Source: an uncultured Acidobacteriota bacterium (GTDB taxonomy: Bacteria; Acidobacteriota; JAQAZP01). Taken from it: DNA of 64,000 nt. The notes under the pieces were generated by a model. That model worked only from the letters and a program-made list of their open reading frames with translations, was not told where the DNA came from and ran no database searches. The stretch spans positions 544,001-608,000 of the forward strand of contig CAWIIB010000001.1 of assembly GCA_963836075.1 (NCBI GenBank), written 5' to 3'. This document shows positions 40,534 through 50,286 of the stretch, one piece after another. The translations under genes and the position numbers were made by a program. Positions within the stretch are counted from its first letter, which is position 1. Each line of letters starts with the position of its first letter.

Positions 40534-41447
40534 GCCGCAGGGTCGGGCCTGCCGGTGAGCCGGCGGAAGGCTTCGAGGTATTTCCCGGTGGTGCCGGCCA
40601 CGATCTCCTCCGGCAGTTCGGGCACCGGCGGCTCCTTGTCCCAGTTGATCGACTCCAGGTAATCCCGCACATACTGCTTGTCGAAGCTGGGCTGGCTCTT
40701 GCCCGGCTGATACAGGTCCTCGGGCCAGAAACGGGAGGAGTCGGGCGTGAGCACCTCGTCCACCAGGATCAGCTCGCCGTCCAGCATGCCGAACTCGAAC
40801 TTCGTGTCGGCGATGATGATCCCCTGGGCCAGGGCGTGCTCGGCCCCCCGGCTGTAGATCTCAAGACTGGCCGCTTTCGCCCGGTCGGCGATCTCCTGGC
40901 CCACCAGGTCCACCATCTTGCTGAAGGGGATGTTTTCGTCGTGGAGGCCGCCCTCGGCCTTGGTGGACGGGGTGAAGATCGGTTCGGGCAACCGCGAGGA
41001 ATTCTGCAGGCCCTCGGGCAACGGGATGCCGCACACCGTGCCCTCCCGCTGGTATTCCTTCCACCCCGACCCGGCGAGGTAGCCCCGGACGATGCACTCC
41101 ACCGGGAGGATCTCCGCCTTCTTCACCAGCATGGACCGCCCGGCCAGCTGATCGAGGTACGGCTGCAGTTCTTCGGGAAAGAGGGCCGGGTCAGTGGTGA
41201 TCACATGGTGCGCGATCCGCTCGCCGAGGAAGTCGAACCAGAAACGTGAGATCTGGGTCAGCACCTCGCCCTTGCGCGGGATGCCGGTGGGCAGGATGCG
41301 GTCAAATGCCGAAATGCGGTCCGAGGCAACGAAGAGCAGCTTATCGCCCAGGTCAAAGATATCCCGCACCTTGCCGCGATTGAGCAAGGTTACGCCATCG
41401 ATCTCAGTTTTAAGCAGCACGGGGCCATGTTCGCCGGGCTGTTGCAT
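40530..41447 (-). CDS. purC: phosphoribosylaminoimidazole-succinocarboxamide synthase
   Basis: GKVRDI, SDRISAFD, ECIVRGYL.GS, TPSTKA, ADTKFEFG, DEVLTPDSSRFW, DKQ.VRD. Confidence 0.97.
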   Translation of the reverse strand: MQQPGEHGPVLLKTEIDGVTLLNRGKVRDIFDLGDKLLFVASDRISAFDRILPTGIPRKGEVLTQISRFWFDFLGERIAHHVITTDPALFPEELQPYLDQLAGRSMLVKKAEILPVECIVRGYLAGSGWKEYQREGTVCGIPLPEGLQNSSRLPEPIFTPSTKAEGGLHDENIPFSKMVDLVGQEIADRAKAASLEIYSRGAEHALAQGIIIADTKFEFGMLDGELILVDEVLTPDSSRFWPEDLYQPGKSQPSFDKQYVRDYLESINWDKEPPVPELPEEIVAGTTGKYLEAFRRLTGRPDPAA

Positions 41448-41788
41448 GCCAGCGTCCTCCTGATGGTTTGTGGTCAACTCGAGACGGGAATCATCGGCAG
41501 TTCGAGCCGCAATGTCATTAAACCACAAATCGGTTTTCCGGCAAAACCGGTTGCATTTCCGCGGCGCCGCCAACGGAAAAGAAGCGATGGATGATTGACC
41601 TGTCAGGACGAATTCTTTATCATTGGGACGATGTTCGACGTTGTGATGAAAACCTGATGTCGACCAGCCCTTCCGGATGGTGATCCCCGGCGACACAATG
41701 CTGTTGGCGCGGCGGCGGAGAACTTTCCATCAGCTGGTCGGCCCGGATAAGGGAAGCGTTTTTCGCAGGAGCGCTTCCAGCGATACCG

Positions 41789-42556
41789 ATGAAGATCAAA
41801 CCCGGCGCCGGAGACAGTGCCGACGAATCCCTGGACGGGCTGCTGGACGAGATGGACGATGCCCTGGGCGATTTCCTCGACCAGGCGGCAGCGGCCAATC
41901 CCGTGCCCGATCTTGACAGCTCCGCCCCTGCCCCGCAAAGCGGCCAGTGGGGCCTGGACGAGATGGAGGGGACCTTTCTGGCCATCCTCCGCAGCAGCCT
42001 CAAGCCGGTGACCAGGTACATCAAGGCGCTTGGTTCAATCCGGCACAACCCCTCGCTGTACGAGATCATCGACCTCACCGTCCACCCCATGGCCGAGCTG
42101 GCCCGACAGGCCGAACTTCAGGAACTGGCCGGCATCCTCGGCGACCTTTCGCAGACCTGCCGCGAGGCATCGGCGTCCAACGGCGACCGGGCCCGGCGCG
42201 CCGGCCTGAAAAAAGAGGTGCTGGAACGGTTCCAGGCACTGAGCGAGCGGGTGGACATCGGCTTCCGGGGGCACCGCCCGGCCGTGCTCAACCTGCTCCG
42301 CTTCTACCAGCGGGTGCGGCGGGAGCCCTGCTTCCAGCCGGACGACATCCAGCGGTTCTTTGCCGTGGGGATCCCGTCGGTAAGCTGGGTCAGCCGGACA
42401 CCGGCTTCGGAGATCGTCAGCCTCTCCGGGATCTCGGACCTGGGGATCAAGCGGTTGAAGACGCTGTCCAGACAGAGCGGGCGGAAAATCGGCTTCAAGA
42501 ACGCCGGCCTCGATCTCGATCTCTCCAGACTGTCCAGAATGACCACAAAGCTGTAG
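41789..42556 (+). CDS. hypothetical protein (acidic N-terminus, helical core, possible C-terminal helix-hairpin-helix)
   Basis: Coding-like codon bias. The C-terminus FAVGIPSV....ASEI..LSGIS..GIK resembles HhH repeats. The start may extend to 41677 through a +1 indel. Confidence 0.65.
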   Translation: MKIKPGAGDSADESLDGLLDEMDDALGDFLDQAAAANPVPDLDSSAPAPQSGQWGLDEMEGTFLAILRSSLKPVTRYIKALGSIRHNPSLYEIIDLTVHPMAELARQAELQELAGILGDLSQTCREASASNGDRARRAGLKKEVLERFQALSERVDIGFRGHRPAVLNLLRFYQRVRREPCFQPDDIQRFFAVGIPSVSWVSRTPASEIVSLSGISDLGIKRLKTLSRQSGRKIGFKNAGLDLDLSRLSRMTTKL

Positions 42557-42577
42557 CAGGCGGGCCCGGGTGAAGGG

Positions 42578-42653
42578 TGGTGCCGAGGGACGGAATTGAA
42601 CCGCCGACGCAGGGATTTTCAGTCCCTCGCTCTACCGACTGAGCTACCTCGGC
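42578..42653 (-). tRNA. tRNA-Phe (GAA)
   Basis: GCCGAGGTAGCTCAGTCGGTAGAGCGAGGGACTGAAAATCCCTGCGTCGGCGGTTCAATTCCGTCCCTCGGCACCA: 76 nt cloverleaf, GAA anticodon, encoded CCA. Confidence 0.98.
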
Positions 42654-42727
42654 CCGGTCTGTGAAAAACTCGGACTTTATATACCAACAGGCTGCCGGCG
42701 TCAACATCCCGCTTCCTGCGGTGCCGC

Positions 42728-43246
42728 TCACCCCTCGTCGCTAAGCAGGTCGGCCCAGGTGCTGAGCATGCTGTCCAGTTCGCGGATCGTCGCCTGGCTC
42801 AGCCCCCCGGTCAGCCGTTTCAGACTCTCGGCATAGCTGGGCAGGACCCGGGCCAGCACCTCATCACCCTTTTTGGTCAACCGGATGATCCACTTGCGGC
42901 GGTCGGTGGCGTGCTTGGTGCGCACCACCAGTTTTTTCTTTTCCAGCTTGTCCACCATTCCGGTGACATTGGCCCCGGAGACCACCAGTTTTCGTCCCAG
43001 GTCCTTTTGCGAGAGTTCCTCGGAATTTAGGCTGTACTTGACAAAAGCCATGACGTTGAACAGGGCCACGGTGAGCCCGTTGTCGCGCAGCGTCTCGCCG
43101 AGGAGCGCCGAACTGCCCATCAGCCTGTTGACCCGGGTGTAGACATACCCGAGGTTGAGCAGCATCTCCTGCGCCGGATCATGAACCGGCAGCGAGATGG
43201 CCAACCGGTCCTGGATTCTGGAAGCGCCCTTCCCTTGCTGAACCAT
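42728..43246 (-). CDS. MarR family transcriptional regulator
   Basis: GLT...FNV, LSQKDL, ANVTGMVDKLEKK.LV.R, DRR..I.LT.KG. Confidence 0.9.
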   Translation of the reverse strand: MVQQGKGASRIQDRLAISLPVHDPAQEMLLNLGYVYTRVNRLMGSSALLGETLRDNGLTVALFNVMAFVKYSLNSEELSQKDLGRKLVVSGANVTGMVDKLEKKKLVVRTKHATDRRKWIIRLTKKGDEVLARVLPSYAESLKRLTGGLSQATIRELDSMLSTWADLLSDEG

Positions 43247-43280
43247 GGATCAGATCTCCCCGATATTCGAAACACCCTGA

Positions 43281-43326
43281 ATAGTTAACTTGTTTATAAT
43301 ATACATTTCCAGCTTCCCCAGGTCAA
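43281..43326 (-). promoter_or_regulatory. marR promoter with an overlapping AT-rich pseudo-palindrome
   Basis: TTGACC-17-TATATT (43326-43298). ATAGTTAACTTGTTTATAAT (43281-43300) overlaps the predicted transcription start. Confidence 0.5.
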
Positions 43327-43336
43327 CCGTACAATG

Positions 43337-43360
43337 AAAACCCCGCGACGGCCGCGGGGT
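43337..43360 (-). terminator. intrinsic terminator
   Basis: Minus strand ACCCCGCG-gccgt-CGCGGGGT followed by TTT, after the 43408 ORF. Confidence 0.6.
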
Positions 43361-43407
43361 CATGATGGCGTGCACATAAATTTTTTCCGTTAGCCGGACG
43401 CGCGGGT

Positions 43408-43656
43408 TCAGTTCTCGGAGAGCCAGAACTGTCCCAGACTTCCGAACGCTTCCGGCTGGTCGATACGGTACGGCCGGTGCCGGGCATCGACCTCCTCGTC
43501 CTCCTCCTCGTCCATCAAATAAGTCTCGACGTCCGAGCCCTCGTTGAGAAACCGTCTCAGTTCTTCTTCCGTTTCGCTGTCTTCAATGTTGTGCAGTTTC
43601 CGACCCTTGGTGGTACTACTTCGCCCTTCAACCAGGTTCCTGCTCTTCCGTGCCAT
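43408..43656 (-). CDS. small hypothetical protein (basic N-terminus, acidic C-terminus)
   Basis: GGAGG RBS before the ATG; 82 aa; followed by a terminator. Confidence 0.55.
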   Translation of the reverse strand: MARKSRNLVEGRSSTTKGRKLHNIEDSETEEELRRFLNEGSDVETYLMDEEEDEEVDARHRPYRIDQPEAFGSLGQFWLSEN

Positions 43657-43801
43657 CGCTTCCTCCGCCGTCAGCCGACGCCTTCCGGTCAAGACCGTAT
43701 TCGTTAACCCCTGTCATCCTTCACCGGATAACCGGTGCTGCAAAATTGATCGGCAAAAAGGCTGGAAAACTTGAGAACACGGGGGGTACGGAGGCCTGAT
43801 T

Positions 43802-45463
43802 TCACTCCACCACACGGCCGGCCAGCCTGAGCACCAGGCCCAGAACGCCGGCGCCCAGGAGCAGGGCCAGCAGCGGCGACAGGCCGAAGGCGGTGGGTAC
43901 GACGCCCACCACCAGGGCCACCCCGCCCACCACCAGGGCGTAGGGCAGCTGGGTGCGAACGTGGTCCACCAGGTCGGAGGAGGATGCCATGGAGGAGAGG
44001 ATGGTGGTGTCCGAGATCGGAGAGCAGTGATCGCCGAACACCGATCCGGCCAGCACCGAGGCGATGACCCCCAGCAGCACGTTCTCCGCCTGGTCCGGCG
44101 GGAACCCCGCGGCCACCGACATCTTCACCGCCAGCGGGATGGCCAGCGGAATGAGGATCGACATGGTGCCCCAGGAGGTGCCGGTGGCAAAACTGACCAG
44201 ACCGGAAACGATGAAGATCAGCGCCGGCAGGAAACGGGGATCGATGGCGTCACCGGTGAGGGAGAGGATGTAGTCGGCAGTGCCCAGGTCGGAACAGACC
44301 TGGCCCAGCGACCAGGCCAGCATCAGCACCACCAGCGCGGTGAGCATGGCCCGCGCCCCGCCCATCATCGAATCCACCGTCTCGCGCAGGTTGAGAATCC
44401 GGCGGCCCAGGGCCATCAGCGCGGCGGAGAGGCAACCCAGCAGCGAAGCCCAGAGCAGGACACGGTAGGAATCGGCCGCCCCCAGCGCGCTGCCCAGCGA
44501 GTGGGCCACGACACCGTCCCGGGCCAGGGACCGGCTGCCGTCGATGTAGAGACCGGCAAAGGCGGTGATCAGCACCACCAGCACCGGGACGGCCGCGGTG
44601 TACCACAACTGCGGCCGGTTCTCCAGCGGGCGCAGGTCTTCCCCGCCCATGTCCCACAGTGACCGGCCTCCCGGCCGCATAAGGCCGCCGCCGGAACGGG
44701 CCCGCGTCTCGGCGCGGTGCATGGCCGAGAAGTCGCGGCCGCTGAGGGCCACCATGAACCCGAAGGCCAGGGTCAGCAGCGGGTAGAAACGGTAGGGAAT
44801 GGAACGGAGAAAGGAGAGGTAGGCGTCACCCTGGTGGCCCACCGAAACAAAGGCGTCACGAATCAGACCGACTTCGGCGCCGATCCAGGTGGAGAAGACG
44901 GCCACCGCGGCCACCGGCGCCGAGGTGCTGTCGACGATGTAGGCCAGTTTTTCCCGGGAGACCTTGAAGCGGTCACAGAGCGGCCGCATGGAACTGCCCA
45001 CCAGCAGCGAGTTGGCATAGTCGTCGAAAAAGATCACCAGCCCCATGGCCCAGACCACCACCTGGGTCGACCTGGCGCTGCGGGCCAGCCGGCCCAGCAC
45101 CCGCACCACGCCACTGGCCCCGCCGGCCCGGGAGATGATTCCGGTCATCCCGCCCAGCAGCAGGGTGAAGATCATGATCGCGGCGTGATCGCGGCTGGCC
45201 AGGGCATTGAGCAGGTAGTGGTCGGCAGTGCGCAGCAGGGCGGTGAAGGGATTCCACCCGCCCACCAGCAGGGCCCCGAGGTAAACACCGGCAAAGAGTG
45301 AGACGATCACCTGGCGCAGCAGCAGGGCCAGGACGATGGCCACCAGCGGGGGCAGCAGGGAGCCGATCCCGGGGACCGGGGACGCCGGTGCCCCAACCGG
45401 CGGCTGTTGGGTACCGGCCGCCGCGGGGAGCCAGCAGAGGACGAGCAGGGCAGACAGCAGCAA
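43802..45463 (-). CDS. NhaC-family Na+/H+ antiporter-like transporter (start uncertain)
   Basis: SLLPPLVAI.LA, FFDDYAN.L, SREKLAYIVDST.AP, SFATGTSWGT, GSVFGDHCSPISDTTILSS, HV.TQLPYA. Confidence 0.88.
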   Translation of the reverse strand: MLLSALLVLCWLPAAAGTQQPPVGAPASPVPGIGSLLPPLVAIVLALLLRQVIVSLFAGVYLGALLVGGWNPFTALLRTADHYLLNALASRDHAAIMIFTLLLGGMTGIISRAGGASGVVRVLGRLARSARSTQVVVWAMGLVIFFDDYANSLLVGSSMRPLCDRFKVSREKLAYIVDSTSAPVAAVAVFSTWIGAEVGLIRDAFVSVGHQGDAYLSFLRSIPYRFYPLLTLAFGFMVALSGRDFSAMHRAETRARSGGGLMRPGGRSLWDMGGEDLRPLENRPQLWYTAAVPVLVVLITAFAGLYIDGSRSLARDGVVAHSLGSALGAADSYRVLLWASLLGCLSAALMALGRRILNLRETVDSMMGGARAMLTALVVLMLAWSLGQVCSDLGTADYILSLTGDAIDPRFLPALIFIVSGLVSFATGTSWGTMSILIPLAIPLAVKMSVAAGFPPDQAENVLLGVIASVLAGSVFGDHCSPISDTTILSSMASSSDLVDHVRTQLPYALVVGGVALVVGVVPTAFGLSPLLALLLGAGVLGLVLRLAGRVVE

Positions 45464-45497
45464 TGCTGCGACAACAGCCGGACTGCGCCACCCTGTC

Positions 45498-46544
45498 TTA
45501 ATCCGCGACCTCCTCAGGTTGTTCCACAGCAGCCGGCTCAACGTCCACCAGGCCGAGGAGTTCGCGCAACTCCGCGTCCAGCCGTGCTTCGATCTCCGGG
45601 TTTTCCAGGATGAACTTGCGGGCGTTCTCCCGGCCCTGCCCCATACGCACATCGCCGATGGAATACCAGGCCCCGGTCTTGTTCAGCAACCGGTGCTCCA
45701 CGCCGAGGTCCAGCAGGTCGCCGTGGGATGAGATCCCCTCCCCGTAGAGGATGTCGAATTCGGCCTTCTTGAACGGCGCGGCCAGCTTGTTCTTCACCAC
45801 CTTGACCCGGGTCCGGTTGCCGATCACATCGTCGCCCGATTTGAGTGCCGCGATACGGCGGATGTCCACCCGCACCGAGGTGTAGAATTTCAGCGCGCGG
45901 CCACCGGTGGTGGTTTCCGGGTTGCCGAACATCACCCCGATCTTTTCCCGGATCTGGTTGATGAAGACCAGGCAGGTCCGGCTGCGGGAGACGATGGCGG
46001 TCAATTTGCGCAGCGCCTGGGACATCAGGCGGGCCTGGAGCCCCACGTGGGAGTCGCCCATGTCGCCTTCCAGCTCGGCCCGGGGCACCAGTGCCGCCAC
46101 CGAGTCGACCACCAGGATGTCCACCGCGTTGGAGCGGATCAGCATTTCGGTGATCTCCAGCGCCTGTTCGCCGGAGTCGGGCTGGGAGATGAGGATATTT
46201 TCCACGTCCACCCCCAGGTTCTCAGCATAGCCGGCGTCCAGCGCGTGCTCGGCATCGACGAAGGCGGCCACGCCCCCGCCCTTTTGTGCATTGGCCACGG
46301 CGTGCAGGGCCAGGGTGGTCTTGCCCGACGCTTCCGGCCCGTAGATCTCCACCACCCGGCCACGGGGCCACCCGCCGATCCCCAGAGCATAGTCGATGGA
46401 CAGCGCCCCGGAAGGGATCACCTCCACCTTGACCCGGGCGCCGGATTCACCCAGGCGCATGATCGACCCCACGCCAAACTGCTTCTCGATCTGCGACAGG
46501 GCCGTATCGATGGCCTTGGACCGCTCCTTTGTTTCCTTCTCCAT
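45498..46544 (-). CDS. recA: recombinase RecA
   Basis: [60 protein letters not shown]. Confidence 0.99.
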   Translation of the reverse strand: MEKETKERSKAIDTALSQIEKQFGVGSIMRLGESGARVKVEVIPSGALSIDYALGIGGWPRGRVVEIYGPEASGKTTLALHAVANAQKGGGVAAFVDAEHALDAGYAENLGVDVENILISQPDSGEQALEITEMLIRSNAVDILVVDSVAALVPRAELEGDMGDSHVGLQARLMSQALRKLTAIVSRSRTCLVFINQIREKIGVMFGNPETTTGGRALKFYTSVRVDIRRIAALKSGDDVIGNRTRVKVVKNKLAAPFKKAEFDILYGEGISSHGDLLDLGVEHRLLNKTGAWYSIGDVRMGQGRENARKFILENPEIEARLDAELRELLGLVDVEPAAVEQPEEVAD

Positions 46545-46748
46545 ATCAGATACCTCTGGTCAGTCCGTAAACGGTGAAAGGTTGTGGCCGGCCCCCGGGG
46601 GACCGTCGCCGGCAATAGTGCGCCCGTTGGAATGCAGAAGCCGAAAAGGAATAACGCACACTTATTCCGGCAGCCATCTGCCGTCACTTGGCAGGAAGAG
46701 GTTAACTTTCGCAGGTCCGGCAATGATAACGGCGGACCGGCAAGGCTG

Positions 46749-47531
46749 TCAAGACAGCCCCCGCTCCTTGCGGATGGTGGTGTAGGCGCGGTGGATGGCC
46801 TGGAACTTTTCGGTGGCCATCTTGACGAACTCCGGGCCCAGGTGGTTCACCCTGTCCGGATGATACTTGCGGGCCATGGTGCGGTAGGCAGTTTTGACCT
46901 CATCGTCGCTGGCCCCGGGAGAGATGCCCAGGGCGGCGTAGGCCTCCGACGGGCGGCCGGTTCGGCGCGACCGCGGACGGCTGGTGCGTTCGAACTCCGA
47001 ACGGATGGACCGGTGGTCCGCCGGCCCGATGCCCATGTGGCCCACCACCCGTTCGATCACCGACCGTTCCGCCTCGTGGAGCACACCGTCGGCGGCGGCA
47101 ACCAGGTAGAGCGCCCGCAGCATCAGCAGTCGCTCCTCGTAGGTGGAGATCCGCTCATACTCGATGCAGATGCTCAGCAGGTTCAGGTCCGCCGACACCG
47201 CCTCCTTCATCAGCTGACGGATGGTGTTCAGGTCCTCGCCCCGAAAGCCCAGGCCCTCGAAAAAGAGCCTCATCGCCCGGACTTCGCGGTTGTCCAGGCT
47301 GCCGTCGGCCCGGGCCACCACGGTCATCAGCCCCACCAGGTTCAGCACGAAGAGGAAGGAGCGGTCGGTCTTGCTGAAGGATTCAGCCCCGGCCCCGCCC
47401 AGACGTTCACGGCGGCCGGGCCGCGGTCCGTCGTCCAGGGCCCCGCCGATCAGCGCCCCCACCACCGCCCCGAACGGTCCGGCCGCGGCAAATCCCAGAG
47501 CGCCGCCGATCAGGATGCCGCGCCACCTCAA
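46749..47531 (-). CDS. djlA: DjlA-like co-chaperone (TM, TerB-like domain, J domain)
   Basis: N-terminal GG.LGF..AGPFGA, two ADG motifs, J domain with YHPD and KFQ.I..AY. Confidence 0.85.
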   Translation of the reverse strand: MRWRGILIGGALGFAAAGPFGAVVGALIGGALDDGPRPGRRERLGGAGAESFSKTDRSFLFVLNLVGLMTVVARADGSLDNREVRAMRLFFEGLGFRGEDLNTIRQLMKEAVSADLNLLSICIEYERISTYEERLLMLRALYLVAAADGVLHEAERSVIERVVGHMGIGPADHRSIRSEFERTSRPRSRRTGRPSEAYAALGISPGASDDEVKTAYRTMARKYHPDRVNHLGPEFVKMATEKFQAIHRAYTTIRKERGLS

Positions 47532-47581
47532 TGCCCTGCTCCTTTACGTGTACATATCCGGGGGATACCGCCCGCCGGCGG

Positions 47582-50263
47582 TCAGCTGGATTGGAGCCGC
47601 TGGATGCGGGCCGACACGTCGCGGTACTGACCGTCCATGGCGCCCAGTGCCTGGAAGGCTTCCAGGGCCTTGTCGGTGGCGCCGTCGGCTTCGAGGGCCG
47701 CCGCCAGGTCGTATTGCAGGCCCTTGTTCTCTTCGGACCCGTCCTCGGCCGCCAGGAGCCCCTTCTCGTACCACTTGATCGCCTCGCCCGGCATCCCCTT
47801 CTCCATGAAACAGGCGCCGAGCATGACACAGCAATCGAGACGCCTCTCGGTGGAGCGGGCAGCGATCTGGAACTCACCGATGGCCTCGTCCACCAGCGAC
47901 ATCTCCTTGTAGGCGATGCCCAGGTCGTAGTGGGTGCCGTGATCCTCGTCGTCCACCTGGCCGGCAACCTCCTCCTGGAACATGGAGAGGACTTCAGTGA
48001 GCTGCTCGTCCTCCAGCTTGGTCCCGGTGAGTTCCGGTTCCCTGGTGGACGCCGGCTTCTTCCGCGGCGCGGCCGGCGGTGCGGAGGGCGCCTTTGGCTT
48101 GGCCGGCACGGCCTGCGCCGGCATCCCGTCGCCGGGGCCACCAACCTGCTCCTTCATCTCCAGCAGCCGGGGGTGCTCCGGGTGGGTCTGCAACAACCCG
48201 TGGATCAGGTCCCGGGCCTCGGCGATAAAGCCCTGGCTGATGAAGAAGTCCACTTCCTCCAGGTCTTCGGACAGCGGGTCCGCGGCGCCCTCGGTTCCGG
48301 CCGCCACAGCCGGCGGCGCCGGAGCCGCCGGCACCTCCGCGGCAGGCTCCGCTGCAGCGGCGGGTTCCGCCGGTTCCACGGCCGTTAGTTTCTCGGGCTC
48401 CCCGGCCGCCGGAGCGATCTCTTCCGCTGCCGGTTCCGCCGCGGTGGCCCCGTTCATCCACGAGGCCCTGGCCGTCTCGTCCGCGGCGCTTTCCGGCGCT
48501 GGAGCCATCTCCGGAACCGGCGCCAGCTGCGCAATCCGTTCCCCCATGGCATCCGCATCAGCTTCTCGCCCCTGGGCCTTGTAGATACTGGCCGCCAGTT
48601 CGCAGACATCCGTGCGGTCGGGGTACGCTTCCAGCAGCTCCTCCACCTGTCCCAGGGCCTTGTTCACCATCCCGTAGGAGAGGAAGACCCGGGTGGCGGT
48701 CAAAAGCTCCAGGATATCGCTCTCCCCCGCCGGGATTTGGACCTTGTCCGTCTCCTCCTCCGGCGTCTCGTCCACCGTGGCTTCCGGCTCTTCGGCCTCC
48801 TCGACCTCCAGCGCCAGCTCCTCCTCCGCCGGTGCGTCCACAACCGGCTCGGGGATCATGTCGTCGTCGATGATCAGTTCGATTTCGGTATCGCCCGCCG
48901 GGACCTCTTCTTCGTCCACGCCGAGGACCACCCGGTCGGTGCCGTTGGCCATCACCAGCTGCGGACCGTCTAAATCCGGGCCTTCCCCGGATGTTTCTTC
49001 CTCGGCATCCACCTCGGACAGGCTGGTCTTGGCATCATCGGGCAGGAAATCGATCAACGTATCGTCCAGTTCCTCCACCTGAGTGGAGACAAGCTGCTCG
49101 GCCTCGGCCCGCCGGGCCTGCAATAGGTCAGCCACGTCCCCGGAGGCCCACTGCAACAGGTGGGTCAGGACATGCAGCTCCTCCTGGAACCGGCCCGCCT
49201 GATGGCAGGCGCCGGCCAGCCGGCTGAGCGCCTGCTGGTAGGCTTCCTGGTCACCGCTGTCGCGGTGCAGCACGGCCAGCTCGCGCAGTCCGTGGAGATG
49301 GTGTGGTTCGGTGTCGAGAAACTGCTGGAGGAAACTGAGGCAGAGTTCCGGCGTCTTCGATTCCTCGGGACGGTTGAAGACGTGGCGGCACTGGTCGAAG
49401 GCCCGCTCGCTGTCCGCGGCGGCCAGGTGGCAGAGGGCCATTTCCACGTGACAGCGGTCATTGCCGTAGTCGAGCTTGAGCGCATCCTCGAGGTGCGTCC
49501 TGGCCCCTTCGATGTCACCGGAATCCCGTTTGGCCTGGCCCAGGACCAGGAGATACTCCACATCCGGTTCGGTGATTGCCGGAAGCGCCTTGTCCAGCAG
49601 GCCGGCCGCCCGGGCGGCCTCTCCGGCCTGCAGCAGGAGGTCGGCCATCCCGCAGAGCAGCTGCGGGTCGTCGGTGGTGGCTTCCAGGGCCTTTTCCAGG
49701 GTGGCCAGCGCTTCCTTCTGCTGACCCGCCCCCAGCTGTTTTCGCGCCGTTCTCAGGTGACGTGACGCCGCCTCGCCGGAGTCCCCGCCTTCTTCCAGCA
49801 GGTCCACCAGCTTGTCGCGCACGGCGGGATCGTCGGGATCGAGTTTTTCCAGCCGTTCCAGCGCCCGGCGCGCGCCTTCACCGTTCCCGCGGCTCTTGAA
49901 GGCCTCGGCGGCACGCAGCAGGTTCTGCCTGGCCTCCATGCGCAGGCCGCGTTCCGCGTAAAGTTCGCCCAGTTCCAGGAAAGTCTCGATCCGGGACGGA
50001 TCGAGTTTGCTGATCTTCTTGTAGATCGCGATGGCCTTGAGCAGGAAGCCGTCCTGCTTGAAATAGGTCGCGATGGTATCGAACTGCTTGACCGCATCGC
50101 TGATGAGGCCCGCGCGGACGTAGAGATCCCCGGCCTTGTTCAGCAGAGCGACATCCCGCGGATTTTCCTCCACCAGCTGCAGCAGCTTGGCGGCGGCCTC
50201 CGCCGGGTTCCCGCGCTGGGCGAGGCGGTCCACCTGTTTGAGAATCTTGTTACGGCTGGCCAT
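47582..50263 (-). CDS. large TPR protein with an acidic/Ala-Pro-Glu linker (SgmX-like architecture)
   Basis: N-terminal TPR array (GFLLKAIAIYKKI), long acidic linker, LEEVDFFISQG, C-terminal THYDLGIAYKEM.L.DEAI.EF...YRDV. Confidence 0.8.
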   Translation of the reverse strand: MASRNKILKQVDRLAQRGNPAEAAAKLLQLVEENPRDVALLNKAGDLYVRAGLISDAVKQFDTIATYFKQDGFLLKAIAIYKKISKLDPSRIETFLELGELYAERGLRMEARQNLLRAAEAFKSRGNGEGARRALERLEKLDPDDPAVRDKLVDLLEEGGDSGEAASRHLRTARKQLGAGQQKEALATLEKALEATTDDPQLLCGMADLLLQAGEAARAAGLLDKALPAITEPDVEYLLVLGQAKRDSGDIEGARTHLEDALKLDYGNDRCHVEMALCHLAAADSERAFDQCRHVFNRPEESKTPELCLSFLQQFLDTEPHHLHGLRELAVLHRDSGDQEAYQQALSRLAGACHQAGRFQEELHVLTHLLQWASGDVADLLQARRAEAEQLVSTQVEELDDTLIDFLPDDAKTSLSEVDAEEETSGEGPDLDGPQLVMANGTDRVVLGVDEEEVPAGDTEIELIIDDDMIPEPVVDAPAEEELALEVEEAEEPEATVDETPEEETDKVQIPAGESDILELLTATRVFLSYGMVNKALGQVEELLEAYPDRTDVCELAASIYKAQGREADADAMGERIAQLAPVPEMAPAPESAADETARASWMNGATAAEPAAEEIAPAAGEPEKLTAVEPAEPAAAAEPAAEVPAAPAPPAVAAGTEGAADPLSEDLEEVDFFISQGFIAEARDLIHGLLQTHPEHPRLLEMKEQVGGPGDGMPAQAVPAKPKAPSAPPAAPRKKPASTREPELTGTKLEDEQLTEVLSMFQEEVAGQVDDEDHGTHYDLGIAYKEMSLVDEAIGEFQIAARSTERRLDCCVMLGACFMEKGMPGEAIKWYEKGLLAAEDGSEENKGLQYDLAAALEADGATDKALEAFQALGAMDGQYRDVSARIQRLQSS

Positions 50264-50286
50264 CTGTCCTGAATGTGTTCAGAATG

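Noticed and set aside
41789-42653. Possible island integrated at the tRNA-Phe 3' end
   Set aside because: I found no integrase, no duplicated tRNA 3' end and no compositional shift; purC lies one gene away.
48290-48960. Repetitive GC-rich tract within the TPR gene
   Set aside because: It is a low-complexity Ala/Glu/Pro linker, not a tandem DNA repeat or CRISPR array.
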